From: a virus
Taxonomy: Duplodnaviria; Caudoviricetes
Virus record (IMG/VR): IMGVR_UViG_3300034008_000048
Coordinates: 1-46,127 of that record
Strand: one strand, 5' to 3'
DNA: 46,127 nucleotides
Part shown: piece by piece, positions 1 through 9,054 of the stretch
Layout of the letters: every line of letters begins with the position of its first letter
Numbering within the stretch: the stretch's first letter is position 1
Translations under genes and position numbers: made by a program
The notes under the pieces: generated by a model
Told to the model about the DNA's origin: nothing
The model's input: the letters and a program-made list of their open reading frames with translations, nothing else
The model's database searches: none

Positions 1-127
1 TCGTCGGAGTCGACAAGTGGTATGAGCAATCTCGTAAGAGCACGTTCATCCGCGCCAACGACTTCTACCTGCCATGGACCGTCGCCAGCACTGCCGGCTA
101 CTTGGTCAAAGACACCTTAAGCACGTT
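1..127. repeat. Terminal redundancy: identical to 46001-46127 (circular assembly overlap)
   Basis: Exact 127-nt match read directly; the capsid ORF reads through the junction. Confidence 0.97.
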
Positions 128-139
128 TTAGGAGGACAC

Positions 140-415
140 ATGAAAGTAGTACTTACATCTCCAGTTGATCACGACGGCACCCGGTATAACGTCGGCCAGG
201 AGGTCGATGTCACCAAGGCACAGGCCGAAGCGCTTGTGCTTGCGCGATCGGCAGAGGTCGCTGCTCCCACCGAAGAACGACACCAGCCAACTAAGGCAGA
301 ACTGCTCGCCGAAGCCAAAGCCGAGGGTTTGACGCTCGAAGGCGTCACGGACAAGAGCACGAAGGCCGAGATCGAGGCGGCGATCGACGCTGCACGAGCT
401 GCGAAGCGCGACTAG
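140..415 (+). CDS. Small head-associated protein with C-terminal HeH/LEM-like motif
   Basis: GGAGG RBS then ATG at 140; directly after capsid gene; PTKAELL...KSTKAEIEAAI motif typical of post-capsid genes. Confidence 0.7.
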   Translation: MKVVLTSPVDHDGTRYNVGQEVDVTKAQAEALVLARSAEVAAPTEERHQPTKAELLAEAKAEGLTLEGVTDKSTKAEIEAAIDAARAAKRD

Positions 416-453
416 CGCGGACGGCAGCTACGGATGGGCGCTCGAGAGGGCGC

Positions 454-957
454 CTATTTCGTTGCTGATCTTAGCTCTATCCTCACCGCCTTTATAAAGG
501 CCTCCCGACGGTCATCGAAGTGCTTTACATACGTTTCATCTTCGTCATTTTTAAGATCTGCGGAATCGACCATGATTTCGGCCGATATGTGGAGCTCGCG
601 TGCAGCGTCGCTAACCATTTGTGGCGCAATGAGGGTAAGCCGGTATACGTCACCAGACAGCGATAGATTAAGCGCCAACTGTGCGGTTCCCCTGGCCACC
701 ATGTCAGGAATGTATCGATCGCTGTCCGGGACGGCTGTCATAATCAGAGCAAATAACCCCTCAAGGAACTTGGTCGACGTATCGAGGATGTCTTTGTCCC
801 AACGAGAAATCTCAGCTTGACGTAACTCTCGCCCTTTAATTCTCCAGTTGGCTACGAAGGTGAGCAGACCTCCCAAGATAAGAAACGCACCCGCGACGAC
901 CGGCACGCCCCACCACGGCGCAGGATCGGTTGCGGCAGCCGCCACGAGTGTCATCAC
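454..957 (-). CDS. Moron, N-terminal TM membrane protein
   Basis: 167 aa with hydrophobic PWWGVPVVAGAFLILGGLLTFVANW segment; antisense to the late operon. Confidence 0.7.
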   Translation of the reverse strand: MMTLVAAAATDPAPWWGVPVVAGAFLILGGLLTFVANWRIKGRELRQAEISRWDKDILDTSTKFLEGLFALIMTAVPDSDRYIPDMVARGTAQLALNLSLSGDVYRLTLIAPQMVSDAARELHISAEIMVDSADLKNDEDETYVKHFDDRREAFIKAVRIELRSATK

Positions 958-993
958 CGGCCAGAGGCTAGCAGCGCTGCTACCGTTTCACCC

Positions 994-1194
994 ATGCCTG
1001 AGTACCGAGTGGTTGAGGTGTCGGAGGTCGGCAGGCCGATGGCGAATATCCATGAGTTTCGTAAAGCTCAGGACGTCATGAACAGGTGGGCGCGAGCAGG
1101 GTGGACGGTCGTGTCGACGACGGCCGTGGCAGTGCCCGGTGCTGCTCCAAGGGACACGCATCGGTGCCTCTACATCACCTTCATGAAACCGTGA
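994..1194 (+). CDS. Small DUF4177-like protein
   Basis: MPEYRVV...MNRWARAGWTVVS...LYITF pattern resembles DUF4177. Confidence 0.55.
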   Translation: MPEYRVVEVSEVGRPMANIHEFRKAQDVMNRWARAGWTVVSTTAVAVPGAAPRDTHRCLYITFMKP

Positions 1195-1236
1195 GGGACG
1201 CCCTACCGCGCCCTCAGCATAATAATCAGTATGTGA

Positions 1237-1527
1237 TCAGGGAACGACACCAATGCATCGTTCGTACGCCGCGTCAGCTATTCGTTCTTGTTTCGGCGTT
1301 TCAGCCAATGCGGCTCTGCTAAATTCCTCTTCACACGGTTCCTCAGACGAAACGCTTAGATAGATAGCCAGGGCAACCAGAAGGACCACAGCGACGGCCG
1401 CCGCTTTCAGCAGTTCGCCGGTGGTCTTCCCCGGAGGCGTGCAGTCTGGACACAGCCCGCCCTGTGCGCGCTTGATGTCAATTGGCTCTCGGTGAGCATG
1501 CACAAGGTGACAATTTCTGCAAAGCAT
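1237..1527 (-). CDS. Moron, Cys-pair plus TM protein
   Basis: ATG at 1527: CRNC...CPDC followed by a TM helix. Confidence 0.5.
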   Translation of the reverse strand: MLCRNCHLVHAHREPIDIKRAQGGLCPDCTPPGKTTGELLKAAAVAVVLLVALAIYLSVSSEEPCEEEFSRAALAETPKQERIADAAYERCIGVVP

Positions 1528-1654
1528 GAGATGTAGAGCCCCCCTTAGATCTACCCCGGAACCACGCCTACGGTGAGAAGCCAAGTAGAGACTCAGCTTT
1601 CACAGAGCTGCCTGAGGACACGATAATAGGTTCGCGCGGCTCACTGTCCGTTAT

Positions 1655-1664
1655 GTGCTTAAAT
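1655..1664 (+). promoter_or_regulatory. Candidate late/leaderless promoter motif GTGCTTAAAT
   Basis: 9 nt before ATG 1674; same motif and spacing at 14407 and 39317. Confidence 0.5.
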
Positions 1665-1673
1665 AAGCCATAG

Positions 1674-2216
1674 ATGCAGTTCGATTCTCACCCCAACCTC
1701 GCCGCAGGCACCCTTCTCACCCCGCCTAACCCGGCCCTAAGCGGCACGACCTTCCAGCTGTACCCCGGTGACGGCAGCGCCTTCGAGCCCAATATGCCGG
1801 TCACCCTCGCACCGCCTGACGTGCAGCCCGACCGCGACAACGCTGAGATCGGGTACGTCACGGAGGTCGAGGGTGACACCCTCACGATCCAGCGCGCTCA
1901 GGAGGGCACCGCTCCCCTGCCGGTGCAGGCAGGCTGGCGCGTGTACGGCACCGCGACGCGCAAGACGTTTGAGGACATCGAGGCCGCGATCAGCGGCATG
2001 TCGGGGTCATCGCTCATTTTCACCACGCCTAACGAGGCGCCTAATGGCGTCCGGGCCACCTTCACGACACCGAGTGCTTACTTCCCCGGATCACTTGGCG
2101 TATGGCTAAACGGCATAAAAGAAGGCTTCGTGACAGAGGCGACCACCAGTAGCTTCACGTTTGAGGATGCGCCTAAGGTAGGCGACACGATCCAACTTAT
2201 GTATAATTCGAACTAA
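1674..2216 (+). CDS. Virion fibre/appendage protein
   Basis: TLTIQRAQEGT motif and C-terminal NG-x4-FT...VWLNG beta domain common in phage fibre proteins. Confidence 0.65.
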   Translation: MQFDSHPNLAAGTLLTPPNPALSGTTFQLYPGDGSAFEPNMPVTLAPPDVQPDRDNAEIGYVTEVEGDTLTIQRAQEGTAPLPVQAGWRVYGTATRKTFEDIEAAISGMSGSSLIFTTPNEAPNGVRATFTTPSAYFPGSLGVWLNGIKEGFVTEATTSSFTFEDAPKVGDTIQLMYNSN

Positions 2217-2218
2217 GC

Positions 2219-3316
2219 ATGGCAGTAACCCAAATTGATCTCGACAGGCAGGCGAAGGCAAAAACTTTCGCTTTCGGTACCACGTCAGCGAGCGGTGAAG
2301 CCACCGTCACCATCAACAAGGGAACCGCCGCCACCTCAACTGTTGTCCTAGACGTCAAGGGATCAGCGAGCGTCGCAGGTGATCTAAACGTCACAGGCGA
2401 CATCAAGGTAACCGGGGCGATTGACTCGGTTTCAGTCACCAACACGAACGTCAAAGACAAGACGATCACGCTCAACGACGGCGGCACGACGGCTGGTGCT
2501 GCTGGTGGTGGCCTGATAGTCGAAGGTGATAGCGGCGCGACTATCGGTGCGCTCACCTACGCGTTAGGCTCGAGTAGCAAGTTCCAAATCGGGGACGGCA
2601 CAACCCAGTACGACGTGCTCAACAGCAACTCGACACTCACCGGCTCGAAGGTCAGCGGCAACATTGCTGGAAACGCCGCCAACGTCACCGGCACGGTTGC
2701 AGTCGGCAACGGTGGTACTGGCGCGACAACACTTACCGGCTTGGTCAAGGGCAACGGCACCTCAGCCATGACAGCCGCCACAGCGGGCACCGACTACACA
2801 GCGGGCACCTCGGCGCTTGCAACCGGCATCCTCAAGAACACAACCGGCACGGGTGCCCACACCATCGCCGTTGCTGCTGACTTCCCGACTCTCAACCAGA
2901 ACACGACGGGCAATGCCGCCACCGCGACTGCGGCCACGACAGCCACCTCAGCGACAACTGCTACTACTGCCACCGCGGCCAACGGCTTGAACTCAGCGAC
3001 CACGACTGTCGTTGTCAACGGCGCGACCGCTCCTACAGCCGGTCAGGTGCTCACTGCTACTAGCTCGACCGCCGCCGTCTGGTCAGCGCCAGGTGCAGCT
3101 GCCACCTTCAAGCGCACGACGATCACCGGCACGCTGAACGGCGTCAATACGTCGTTCACACTCGGCAACACTCCCCTCACCGGCTCAGAGATGATCGTCC
3201 AGAACGGACTGACGCTGAACCCAGGCGGAAACGACTACACGCTGTCCGGTACGACGGTCACGTTCACCGTCGCGCCACAGTCGACCGACACGCTGTTGGT
3301 TTGGGCGACGTACTAG
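2219..3316 (+). CDS. Fibre protein, Gly/Ala/Thr-rich shaft
   Basis: VAVGNGGTGATT and GNAATAT repeats; C-terminal domain similar to that of 1674-2216. Confidence 0.7.
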   Translation: MAVTQIDLDRQAKAKTFAFGTTSASGEATVTINKGTAATSTVVLDVKGSASVAGDLNVTGDIKVTGAIDSVSVTNTNVKDKTITLNDGGTTAGAAGGGLIVEGDSGATIGALTYALGSSSKFQIGDGTTQYDVLNSNSTLTGSKVSGNIAGNAANVTGTVAVGNGGTGATTLTGLVKGNGTSAMTAATAGTDYTAGTSALATGILKNTTGTGAHTIAVAADFPTLNQNTTGNAATATAATTATSATTATTATAANGLNSATTTVVVNGATAPTAGQVLTATSSTAAVWSAPGAAATFKRTTITGTLNGVNTSFTLGNTPLTGSEMIVQNGLTLNPGGNDYTLSGTTVTFTVAPQSTDTLLVWATY

Positions 3317-3326
3317 GAGCGCTCAA

Positions 3327-3806
3327 GTGGCGCAGACTCAAGTCACCGGTCAGCAGATCGCCAATGGCGCCAGTGGCGTCAATTTGACTGTCGACGTAAC
3401 CGGCACGCTGCCGGTCGCCAATGGCGGTACCAACGCAACGACGGCCGCTGCCGCACGAACGAGCCTGGGCATATCCAGAGCCGATACGCCTGTGAGGAAC
3501 GCTTATGTCGCTTCGAGCGCTACACCGACACCCGCAGCGGACTTCTATGACCAGTACAACCTGACAGCTCAAGCCGCCGCTGCCGCCATCGCCGCACCAA
3601 CAGGCACCGTCACTGACGGCACGAGTTTGATCTTCCGCATCAAAGACAACGGCACCGCACGCGCTCTCACCTGGAACGCCGTCTATCGGGCAATCGGTGT
3701 CACCTTGCCGACCACAACGGTTGTTAGCAAGACGCTTTACGTCGGTTGCAAGTGGAACAGCACAGACGCCGTATGGGACGTTCTGGCGGTGTCTCAGCAG
3801 GCGTAA
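3327..3806 (+). CDS. Fibre/appendage protein
   Basis: LPVANGGTNATTAAAARTSLG motif; RIKDNGTARALTW C-terminal domain. Confidence 0.65.
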   Translation: MAQTQVTGQQIANGASGVNLTVDVTGTLPVANGGTNATTAAAARTSLGISRADTPVRNAYVASSATPTPAADFYDQYNLTAQAAAAAIAAPTGTVTDGTSLIFRIKDNGTARALTWNAVYRAIGVTLPTTTVVSKTLYVGCKWNSTDAVWDVLAVSQQA

Positions 3807-3809
3807 GCA

Positions 3810-4487
3810 ATGCCAGCAGCCTTCGTCAAATCAGCCTCAACCGGCAGCACTGCCGCGTCGCCTACCACGGGCACTTTCAGTGCGGCGACGACATCTGGCA
3901 ACTCAATCATCATCGGCATCGGTGATGACTCAGCGCTCACGACGCCGATCAGCTCGGTGACCGACAATAAGGGCAACACCTACTCACGCACCGACACTGT
4001 GAAGGTCAATGCCAGCAGCATCCAGATGTGGGCGGCGCACAATATCGTTGGCGGTTCATCCCACACCATTACGGTGGCATGGAGCGCCACGGCAACTGGC
4101 CGCGTTGTCGTCCTAGCTCAAGAGTTCTCCGGACTCGCTACGACATCGACGCTCGACAGGGTGGCAAGCGCCACGGGCAGCAGTACGACGGCCTCGGGCG
4201 GCACGACGGCCTCGATAACGCAAGCCAACGAGCTGGTCGTCATGTGTTCATCCCATAGCGGCACCACTGCGGCCTACACGGTCGGCTCTGGCTACTCAAA
4301 CCTAATCACGGTCAATGTTGCGAACGCAGCTACCGCCATGCAATCGAAGGTCGTAAGCGCAGTCGGTACTCAGACCGGGACGATGACAATTGCCACTAGT
4401 CGTATATGGGTTGGCATCATTGCGACGTTCAAGGCAGCAGACGGCGCTACCCCTATGGCGACGGGCAATTGGTTCGCATTGCTATGA
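3810..4487 (+). CDS. Virion beta-sandwich protein (fibre tip-like)
   Basis: Ser/Thr-rich two-repeat protein with SVTDNKGNTY motif; coupled to fibre genes. Confidence 0.6.
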   Translation: MPAAFVKSASTGSTAASPTTGTFSAATTSGNSIIIGIGDDSALTTPISSVTDNKGNTYSRTDTVKVNASSIQMWAAHNIVGGSSHTITVAWSATATGRVVVLAQEFSGLATTSTLDRVASATGSSTTASGGTTASITQANELVVMCSSHSGTTAAYTVGSGYSNLITVNVANAATAMQSKVVSAVGTQTGTMTIATSRIWVGIIATFKAADGATPMATGNWFALL

Positions 4488-4500
4488 CGGGAGGCATGGC

Positions 4501-4785
4501 ATGTTCGGCGCATCTCTAGTCGCAGGCCTCATCTTCGGTGCTCCCTTGATTCACAGCCGTCGAGCCGCCGACGGCGTTGTCGTCATTCTCGCGTCTAGCG
4601 ACGACAGTGCTCTACTGGCCGCGCGCGAGCTCAGCGCGCTGGCCGTTGTCACCGACGCATCGAACGTTATGGCGGCGCATAATCAGGCCGCCGTCATCCA
4701 CACGACCACGACGTACCAAGCACCTACCGAGAGCGACTGCGTCACTTTGTTGTCTCCGGCTTCGTCGGTGACGGTTCTGCTGTAG
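4501..4785 (+). CDS. Small structural/hypothetical protein
   Basis: GGGAGG RBS, ATG 4501, starts MFGASL. Confidence 0.45.
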   Translation: MFGASLVAGLIFGAPLIHSRRAADGVVVILASSDDSALLAARELSALAVVTDASNVMAAHNQAAVIHTTTTYQAPTESDCVTLLSPASSVTVLL

Positions 4786-5407
4786 GCGAGGTGTCATTGC
4801 CTGTGGGTGTCATGGACTTGATGATCTGCTGCACCGCCTCGGCACGTTCCGCTTCGGGCAGGACCTCGACAAGCCGCTCGGCGCCGAGAACGCGCAACAG
4901 CTCTACCGGTTGCGAGAAGAACTGACGTAACTGGCTGGAGGCTTCTGTCTGCGACTTCAAGAAGGTCGCGCCGATCAGCCCGCTCATGGCCGCGCCGGCA
5001 ACTCCCACGGCGGCCGCTGCGATGGACGCGGTGCCATTCTTTGCGAAAGCGGCAAGGAACCCGACGCCGATCACTGACAGAAACCCGATGATCATAGCGA
5101 TCTGACCGTTGCGGAAGCTCTTACGGGACTGCTCAAGGGCAATCTCATGATAGAAGTCAATGCGCTTCTGAGTGACGGGCCAGAGGCTTGCTAGGTCGAG
5201 CCCACCATGATCTTTAGCTTCCGTAGCAACGGCGCTCTCTTGCTCTTGAAGCGCGTTAGTCGCTTGTAGTCTCTTGTCAGCATCTTGCTTAGCGCTTCTG
5301 TCAGACTGCAAAGTAAATAGCAGAGCGGACAAAGGTGCGAGTGTCACAAGAAATGCAACAGCAGCGGCGGTTGGATCGTCTCTTAGGAATGTTGTCAGCT
5401 CCTCCAT
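4742..5407 (-). CDS. Moron, multi-TM protein resembling TRADD-N-associated 2TM domain
   Basis: YHEIALEQSRKSF followed by two TM helices; antisense to late genes. Confidence 0.6.
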   Translation of the reverse strand: MEELTTFLRDDPTAAAVAFLVTLAPLSALLFTLQSDRSAKQDADKRLQATNALQEQESAVATEAKDHGGLDLASLWPVTQKRIDFYHEIALEQSRKSFRNGQIAMIIGFLSVIGVGFLAAFAKNGTASIAAAAVGVAGAAMSGLIGATFLKSQTEASSQLRQFFSQPVELLRVLGAERLVEVLPEAERAEAVQQIIKSMTPTGNDTSPTAEPSPTKPETTK

Positions 5408-5430
5408 AAAGGCGCATACTAGCCCAAGTA

Positions 5431-6330
5431 ATGGCGACCACGCTCAAAGTCCAATCCTTCGCCGCTAGCAACGTCCGTGAAGAACGGACGACTTTGGACG
5501 CCCCACTGACTGCCGGTGCCACGTCGATCATCGTCAAGAGCAGCGCTGGCTATAAGGCCGGCGACATCATCTACGTCGGCACGCTGGCTCAGGACGGCTG
5601 CGAGCGCGCGGTTGTGCAGTCGGTACCGGACGCGACGCATCTGGCCCTCTCGGGGCCTCTCACGCTGCCTCACGGCGAGTTCGAGCCGGTTACCGGCGTG
5701 CTAGGCGACCGCATCCGCATCTACCGTGCCGTCAACGTCGACGGCACGGTTCCAGCTGACGGCATGTTCAGCGTGCTCGCTACCCGTTCGATCGACCCCG
5801 ACCAGCAGATGACCTTCTACACAGACAGCTCGGGCTCGAGCAACTACTGGTACCGCTGCACCTACTTCAACGAGACGACTTTGGACGAGACAAGTCTCAG
5901 CGAGACGGTGCCCGTGCGCGGCGACGACTTCGGCCACTACGCCGACCTGGGCGCGATCCGCCGCGAGGCGGGCTTCGAGGATGCGGTCAATCTCAGCGAC
6001 GTCGACGTCGACCAGCAGCGCCGCGCGGCCGAGGCTGAGATCAACACCAAGCTCGGCAACCACTACACGGTGCCGTTCAAGCCGGTGCCCGAGATCATCA
6101 AGACCATCACGATCAAGTTGGCGGCTGGGTTCCTACTGCAGTCGCAGTACCGGGGCCAGAGCAGCCTGGGCGACACGTTGGTGAAAGACGCCCGCGCCAT
6201 GATGGACAGCGCCGCGATGGGTCAGAGCAACCTCGACGACGGCACGGGCGTGAACGCGGTCAGCGGCGGTATCAGCGGCTGGCCAAACGACGACACCGGT
6301 CGGATGTTCCGCATCGAGGACGAGTACTAG
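5431..6330 (+). CDS. Head-tail adaptor (Mu gp36-like C-terminus) with ~165-aa N-terminal extension
   Basis: C-terminal YADL...AEAEINTKLGNHYTVPF..VPEIIK pattern; position before gpG-like gene. Confidence 0.75.
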   Translation: MATTLKVQSFAASNVREERTTLDAPLTAGATSIIVKSSAGYKAGDIIYVGTLAQDGCERAVVQSVPDATHLALSGPLTLPHGEFEPVTGVLGDRIRIYRAVNVDGTVPADGMFSVLATRSIDPDQQMTFYTDSSGSSNYWYRCTYFNETTLDETSLSETVPVRGDDFGHYADLGAIRREAGFEDAVNLSDVDVDQQRRAAEAEINTKLGNHYTVPFKPVPEIIKTITIKLAAGFLLQSQYRGQSSLGDTLVKDARAMMDSAAMGQSNLDDGTGVNAVSGGISGWPNDDTGRMFRIEDEY

Positions 6331-6780
6331 ATGGCCGAGATCACAGTCACCCTCAGTGGCGACAAGGAGGCGATGGAACGGCTTCGTCGCATTGGTGGCG
6401 GCGTCTTAGACCTCTCGAGCCCCATGTCCAGCATTGGCCGCTACCTGACCGGCTTCTTCAGCGGCGAAGTCTTCGCCTCACGTGGTGGCGTCATCGGCAA
6501 GTCGTGGCGTCCTTTGAACAACCAGTACGCCGCGCGTAAGGCAAGGACGTTCCCTGGTCGACCACCCCTCATCCGCACTGGCGTGATGAACCGAAGTTTC
6601 AAGGCGAACGCCGGCCGCGCCTCGGTCCTACTACTCAACAGCGACCCGAAGTTCGCCTTCCACCAGAGCGGCACCAGTCGCATCCCTGCGCGCACGATGA
6701 TGGCCGTCGATCAAACTCGTGAGCGCCGGATCGTCGACATCATCGACGCGCATCTGGGACGTGTCATGGGGGCCGCGTGA
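6331..6780 (+). CDS. Virion morphogenesis/tail completion protein (Mu gpG-like)
   Basis: WRPL...LIRTG.M..S...FHQSGT.RIPAR motifs. Confidence 0.8.
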   Translation: MAEITVTLSGDKEAMERLRRIGGGVLDLSSPMSSIGRYLTGFFSGEVFASRGGVIGKSWRPLNNQYAARKARTFPGRPPLIRTGVMNRSFKANAGRASVLLLNSDPKFAFHQSGTSRIPARTMMAVDQTRERRIVDIIDAHLGRVMGAA

Positions 6781-7268
6781 AGGACAGCGTGCAGTTGGTG
6801 CTCGACCTGCTTCGAGAACGATTGGACGGCGCAGGTGCCTTCAAGTCCTTCTACGACGGCGACCCCGACTTGATACCGACCATGAACCTGCCCGCGCTCG
6901 TCGTCACCAAGACGTCGGACACCAGTGAGCCAGCGACACAGGACCAGGACGACGTCACTGACACCATCGTTGTCAAAGCGATACTGAACAAGGCCGATGA
7001 CTGGGGCAACGACAGGGCCAAGACGAAGGAGCTGACCGAAGCGAAGCTGCGGCGCTGGATGGAAGAACGCGACCCCGTGACTCGTCGCTGGAAGCCGACG
7101 ACGATCAAAGGTGCGCTGCGTCAAGGGTTGGATGGAGACCGCCGCATCGGTCAGCGCATGTCGCTGGAGATCGGTGTGACACCCCGGCCCGGCGACCTCG
7201 TCACGCACGAGGCCCACCTGACTATTACCGTCGAATATATCGTAAACGTCGATCTTAATATTCAATAA
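6777..7268 (+). CDS. Tail terminator-like protein
   Basis: Synteny; GTGA overlap with the previous gene; LPALVV motif. Confidence 0.6.
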   Translation: MKDSVQLVLDLLRERLDGAGAFKSFYDGDPDLIPTMNLPALVVTKTSDTSEPATQDQDDVTDTIVVKAILNKADDWGNDRAKTKELTEAKLRRWMEERDPVTRRWKPTTIKGALRQGLDGDRRIGQRMSLEIGVTPRPGDLVTHEAHLTITVEYIVNVDLNIQ

Positions 7269-7295
7269 CCTCATGGAAGGTGATATTGTAAAACC

Positions 7296-7442
7296 ATGAG
7301 CAAGAAAGCTACGCAAAAGGCCGACGAGACGCCGAAGACTAAGTACTTCGTGCCCTCTACCGGCGAAGTCGTTGTAGCAACAGACTTAACGAAGGTGCCG
7401 AATGCACCGGCTTCGGCCCAGGAGAGCGGTGATGGCGAATGA
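7296..7442 (+). CDS. 48-aa protein upstream of tail tube (not in ORF track)
   Basis: MSKKATQKADETPKTKYFVPSTGEVV...; fills the gap and overlaps the tube start. Confidence 0.55.
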   Translation: MSKKATQKADETPKTKYFVPSTGEVVVATDLTKVPNAPASAQESGDGE

Positions 7443-8424
7443 GTTCACTGGACGACGCGAGAGCGTAGGACTTGGTATTGAAGCGACGGCTGGCACAGCG
7501 GTCGCACCACAAGCTTGGGTTCGCCACCTTAGTAGCAGCTTCATGCCGAAGCACACCACGATCGAGAACGACAGCGCCATGGGCCGTGTCGAGCGGGTCA
7601 ACGAAAGCGCCCTCGACACTCGCTGGGCCGAGGGCACCCTTGAAGGCAAGGTTGCCGACGCCAGCTTCGGCTACCTGCTAGCAGGCATCTTCGGTCTGCC
7701 GGTCACAACGGACAACGCTGATAGCAACGCGGCCGTCAAAGACCACACCTTCGACTTCGCACAAAGCAACACACCGAAGTACCTGACCGTCACGGTTAAG
7801 AACCCCGTCGCTGACAAACGGCACGCTCTCGGCGTCATTGACACCCTCAAGATCAGCGGTGAGCGCGGTCAGTTCGTGCAGTTCACAGCCGACATGAAGG
7901 CGAAGGTCGGCGTGACCGCCAGCAGCACCGTCGCCTACCTGGTTGGCGAGAACGAGTTCACGATGAACCACGTCAGCCTGAAGCTAGCGAGCAACCTTGC
8001 TGGCCTGAGCGGTGCGAGCGCGCTGGACATCAAGAAGTTCGAGCTGAACATCGAGCGTAAGACCGAGCCGCACTTCCCGGCCCTCTCCCCCGACCCGACC
8101 TATTTCACCTCTGGCGACGTCGACGTAACTGGTGAGTTCCTGATCCGCTACAACAGCACGCTGCATGAGGACAACTTTCTCAGCAACTTGGCACAATCCA
8201 TGCAGCTCAGCATCGTGAACACGGACGTCGTGATCGGCGCTAGCGCTCGTCCTGGCGTCGTCTTCACTGCTCCCCAGATTCGGTTGGCTGAGTTCGATCG
8301 CAGCAACGACCTTGGCGGCATCGTCGAAGCAACAATCGGTATCCGCACCGAACTGAGCCTCTCTGATGGCTACATGCTGCGCCCCGTGCTTACCAACACT
8401 CAGGCAAGCTACGTCTCAGCCTAA
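7432..8424 (+). CDS. Major tail tube protein
   Basis: ATG 7432; GLGIEATAGT N-terminus; position before chaperone and tape measure genes. Confidence 0.8.
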   Translation: MANEFTGRRESVGLGIEATAGTAVAPQAWVRHLSSSFMPKHTTIENDSAMGRVERVNESALDTRWAEGTLEGKVADASFGYLLAGIFGLPVTTDNADSNAAVKDHTFDFAQSNTPKYLTVTVKNPVADKRHALGVIDTLKISGERGQFVQFTADMKAKVGVTASSTVAYLVGENEFTMNHVSLKLASNLAGLSGASALDIKKFELNIERKTEPHFPALSPDPTYFTSGDVDVTGEFLIRYNSTLHEDNFLSNLAQSMQLSIVNTDVVIGASARPGVVFTAPQIRLAEFDRSNDLGGIVEATIGIRTELSLSDGYMLRPVLTNTQASYVSA

Positions 8425-8843
8425 TGTCTGATCGTCGCCTCGGGATTGTCAGTCGCATCAGTCTTACCGGGCAAGCCGAAGGCTGGGATGACTGCTTCGT
8501 TTTATCGTCACCAGTCACCTATAGCGAGCTCAAGATGTTTAAGGCAATGAAGACTCAGAATTTGACCGACGAGCAGGGCGTTGACCTCATGCTCGACTTC
8601 ATTCGCAAGCACATCATCGGCGGCACCGTCAAGCTTCTCGAGGGATCTAAACTGATAAACGGTGACCTGCTACCAGATGACGTTGATGCCATGAGTTCCA
8701 CAATGATCAATCACATCTTCAAAGAGATGACCGGGGTGGGGGCGCAGTACCTTGACCCAAAAGTCTCGACGTCCGTCACCCCGCCTACGAGCGGGACTTC
8801 GAGCGAATCAGCGCCGCTCGACACCCCTACTACCAACTCATAG
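8424..8843 (+). CDS. Tail assembly chaperone (G)
   Basis: Between tube and tape measure genes; contains slippery site C CCA AAA at 8756-8762. Confidence 0.75.
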   Translation: MSDRRLGIVSRISLTGQAEGWDDCFVLSSPVTYSELKMFKAMKTQNLTDEQGVDLMLDFIRKHIIGGTVKLLEGSKLINGDLLPDDVDAMSSTMINHIFKEMTGVGAQYLDPKVSTSVTPPTSGTSSESAPLDTPTTNS

Positions 8844-9046
8844 TCCAGGGCGACCGTGACGGTGTACCCGACCATGTCGTTGATGAAGTGCAAGCCTTCC
8901 GATACCGGCAGGCTTTTCAACTGTCTGCTCGTCAGCTTGAGGATGAACCGGCTGAGGCTATTGCGCAAGCGTCCGCCATATGGGCGTTAGACGCAGAAAG
9001 TGATAACGTAAAGAGTAAGCGAGAGAGTTTCAAGAACTCTGGCTGA
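8424..9046 (+). CDS. Tail assembly chaperone GT (-1 frameshift product)
   Basis: -1 frame after 8762 is open for 94 codons (SLDVRHPAY...ESFKNSG) to TGA 9044-9046, just before the tape measure gene. Confidence 0.75.
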
Positions 9047-9054
9047 ACACCCGC

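Noticed and set aside
1-127. Biological direct terminal repeat
   Set aside because: It falls mid-capsid gene and its length equals a common assembler k-mer; most likely a circularisation overlap
2905-2985. DNA tandem repeat or CRISPR-like array
   Set aside because: Ala/Thr protein repeat with varied codons; no repeat-spacer array seen anywhere in the window
6711-7316. Antisense ORFs over structural genes (also 18044-18598, 23607-24137, 29494-30075 and others)
   Set aside because: Shadow frames expected in GC-rich coding DNA, opposite well-supported genes
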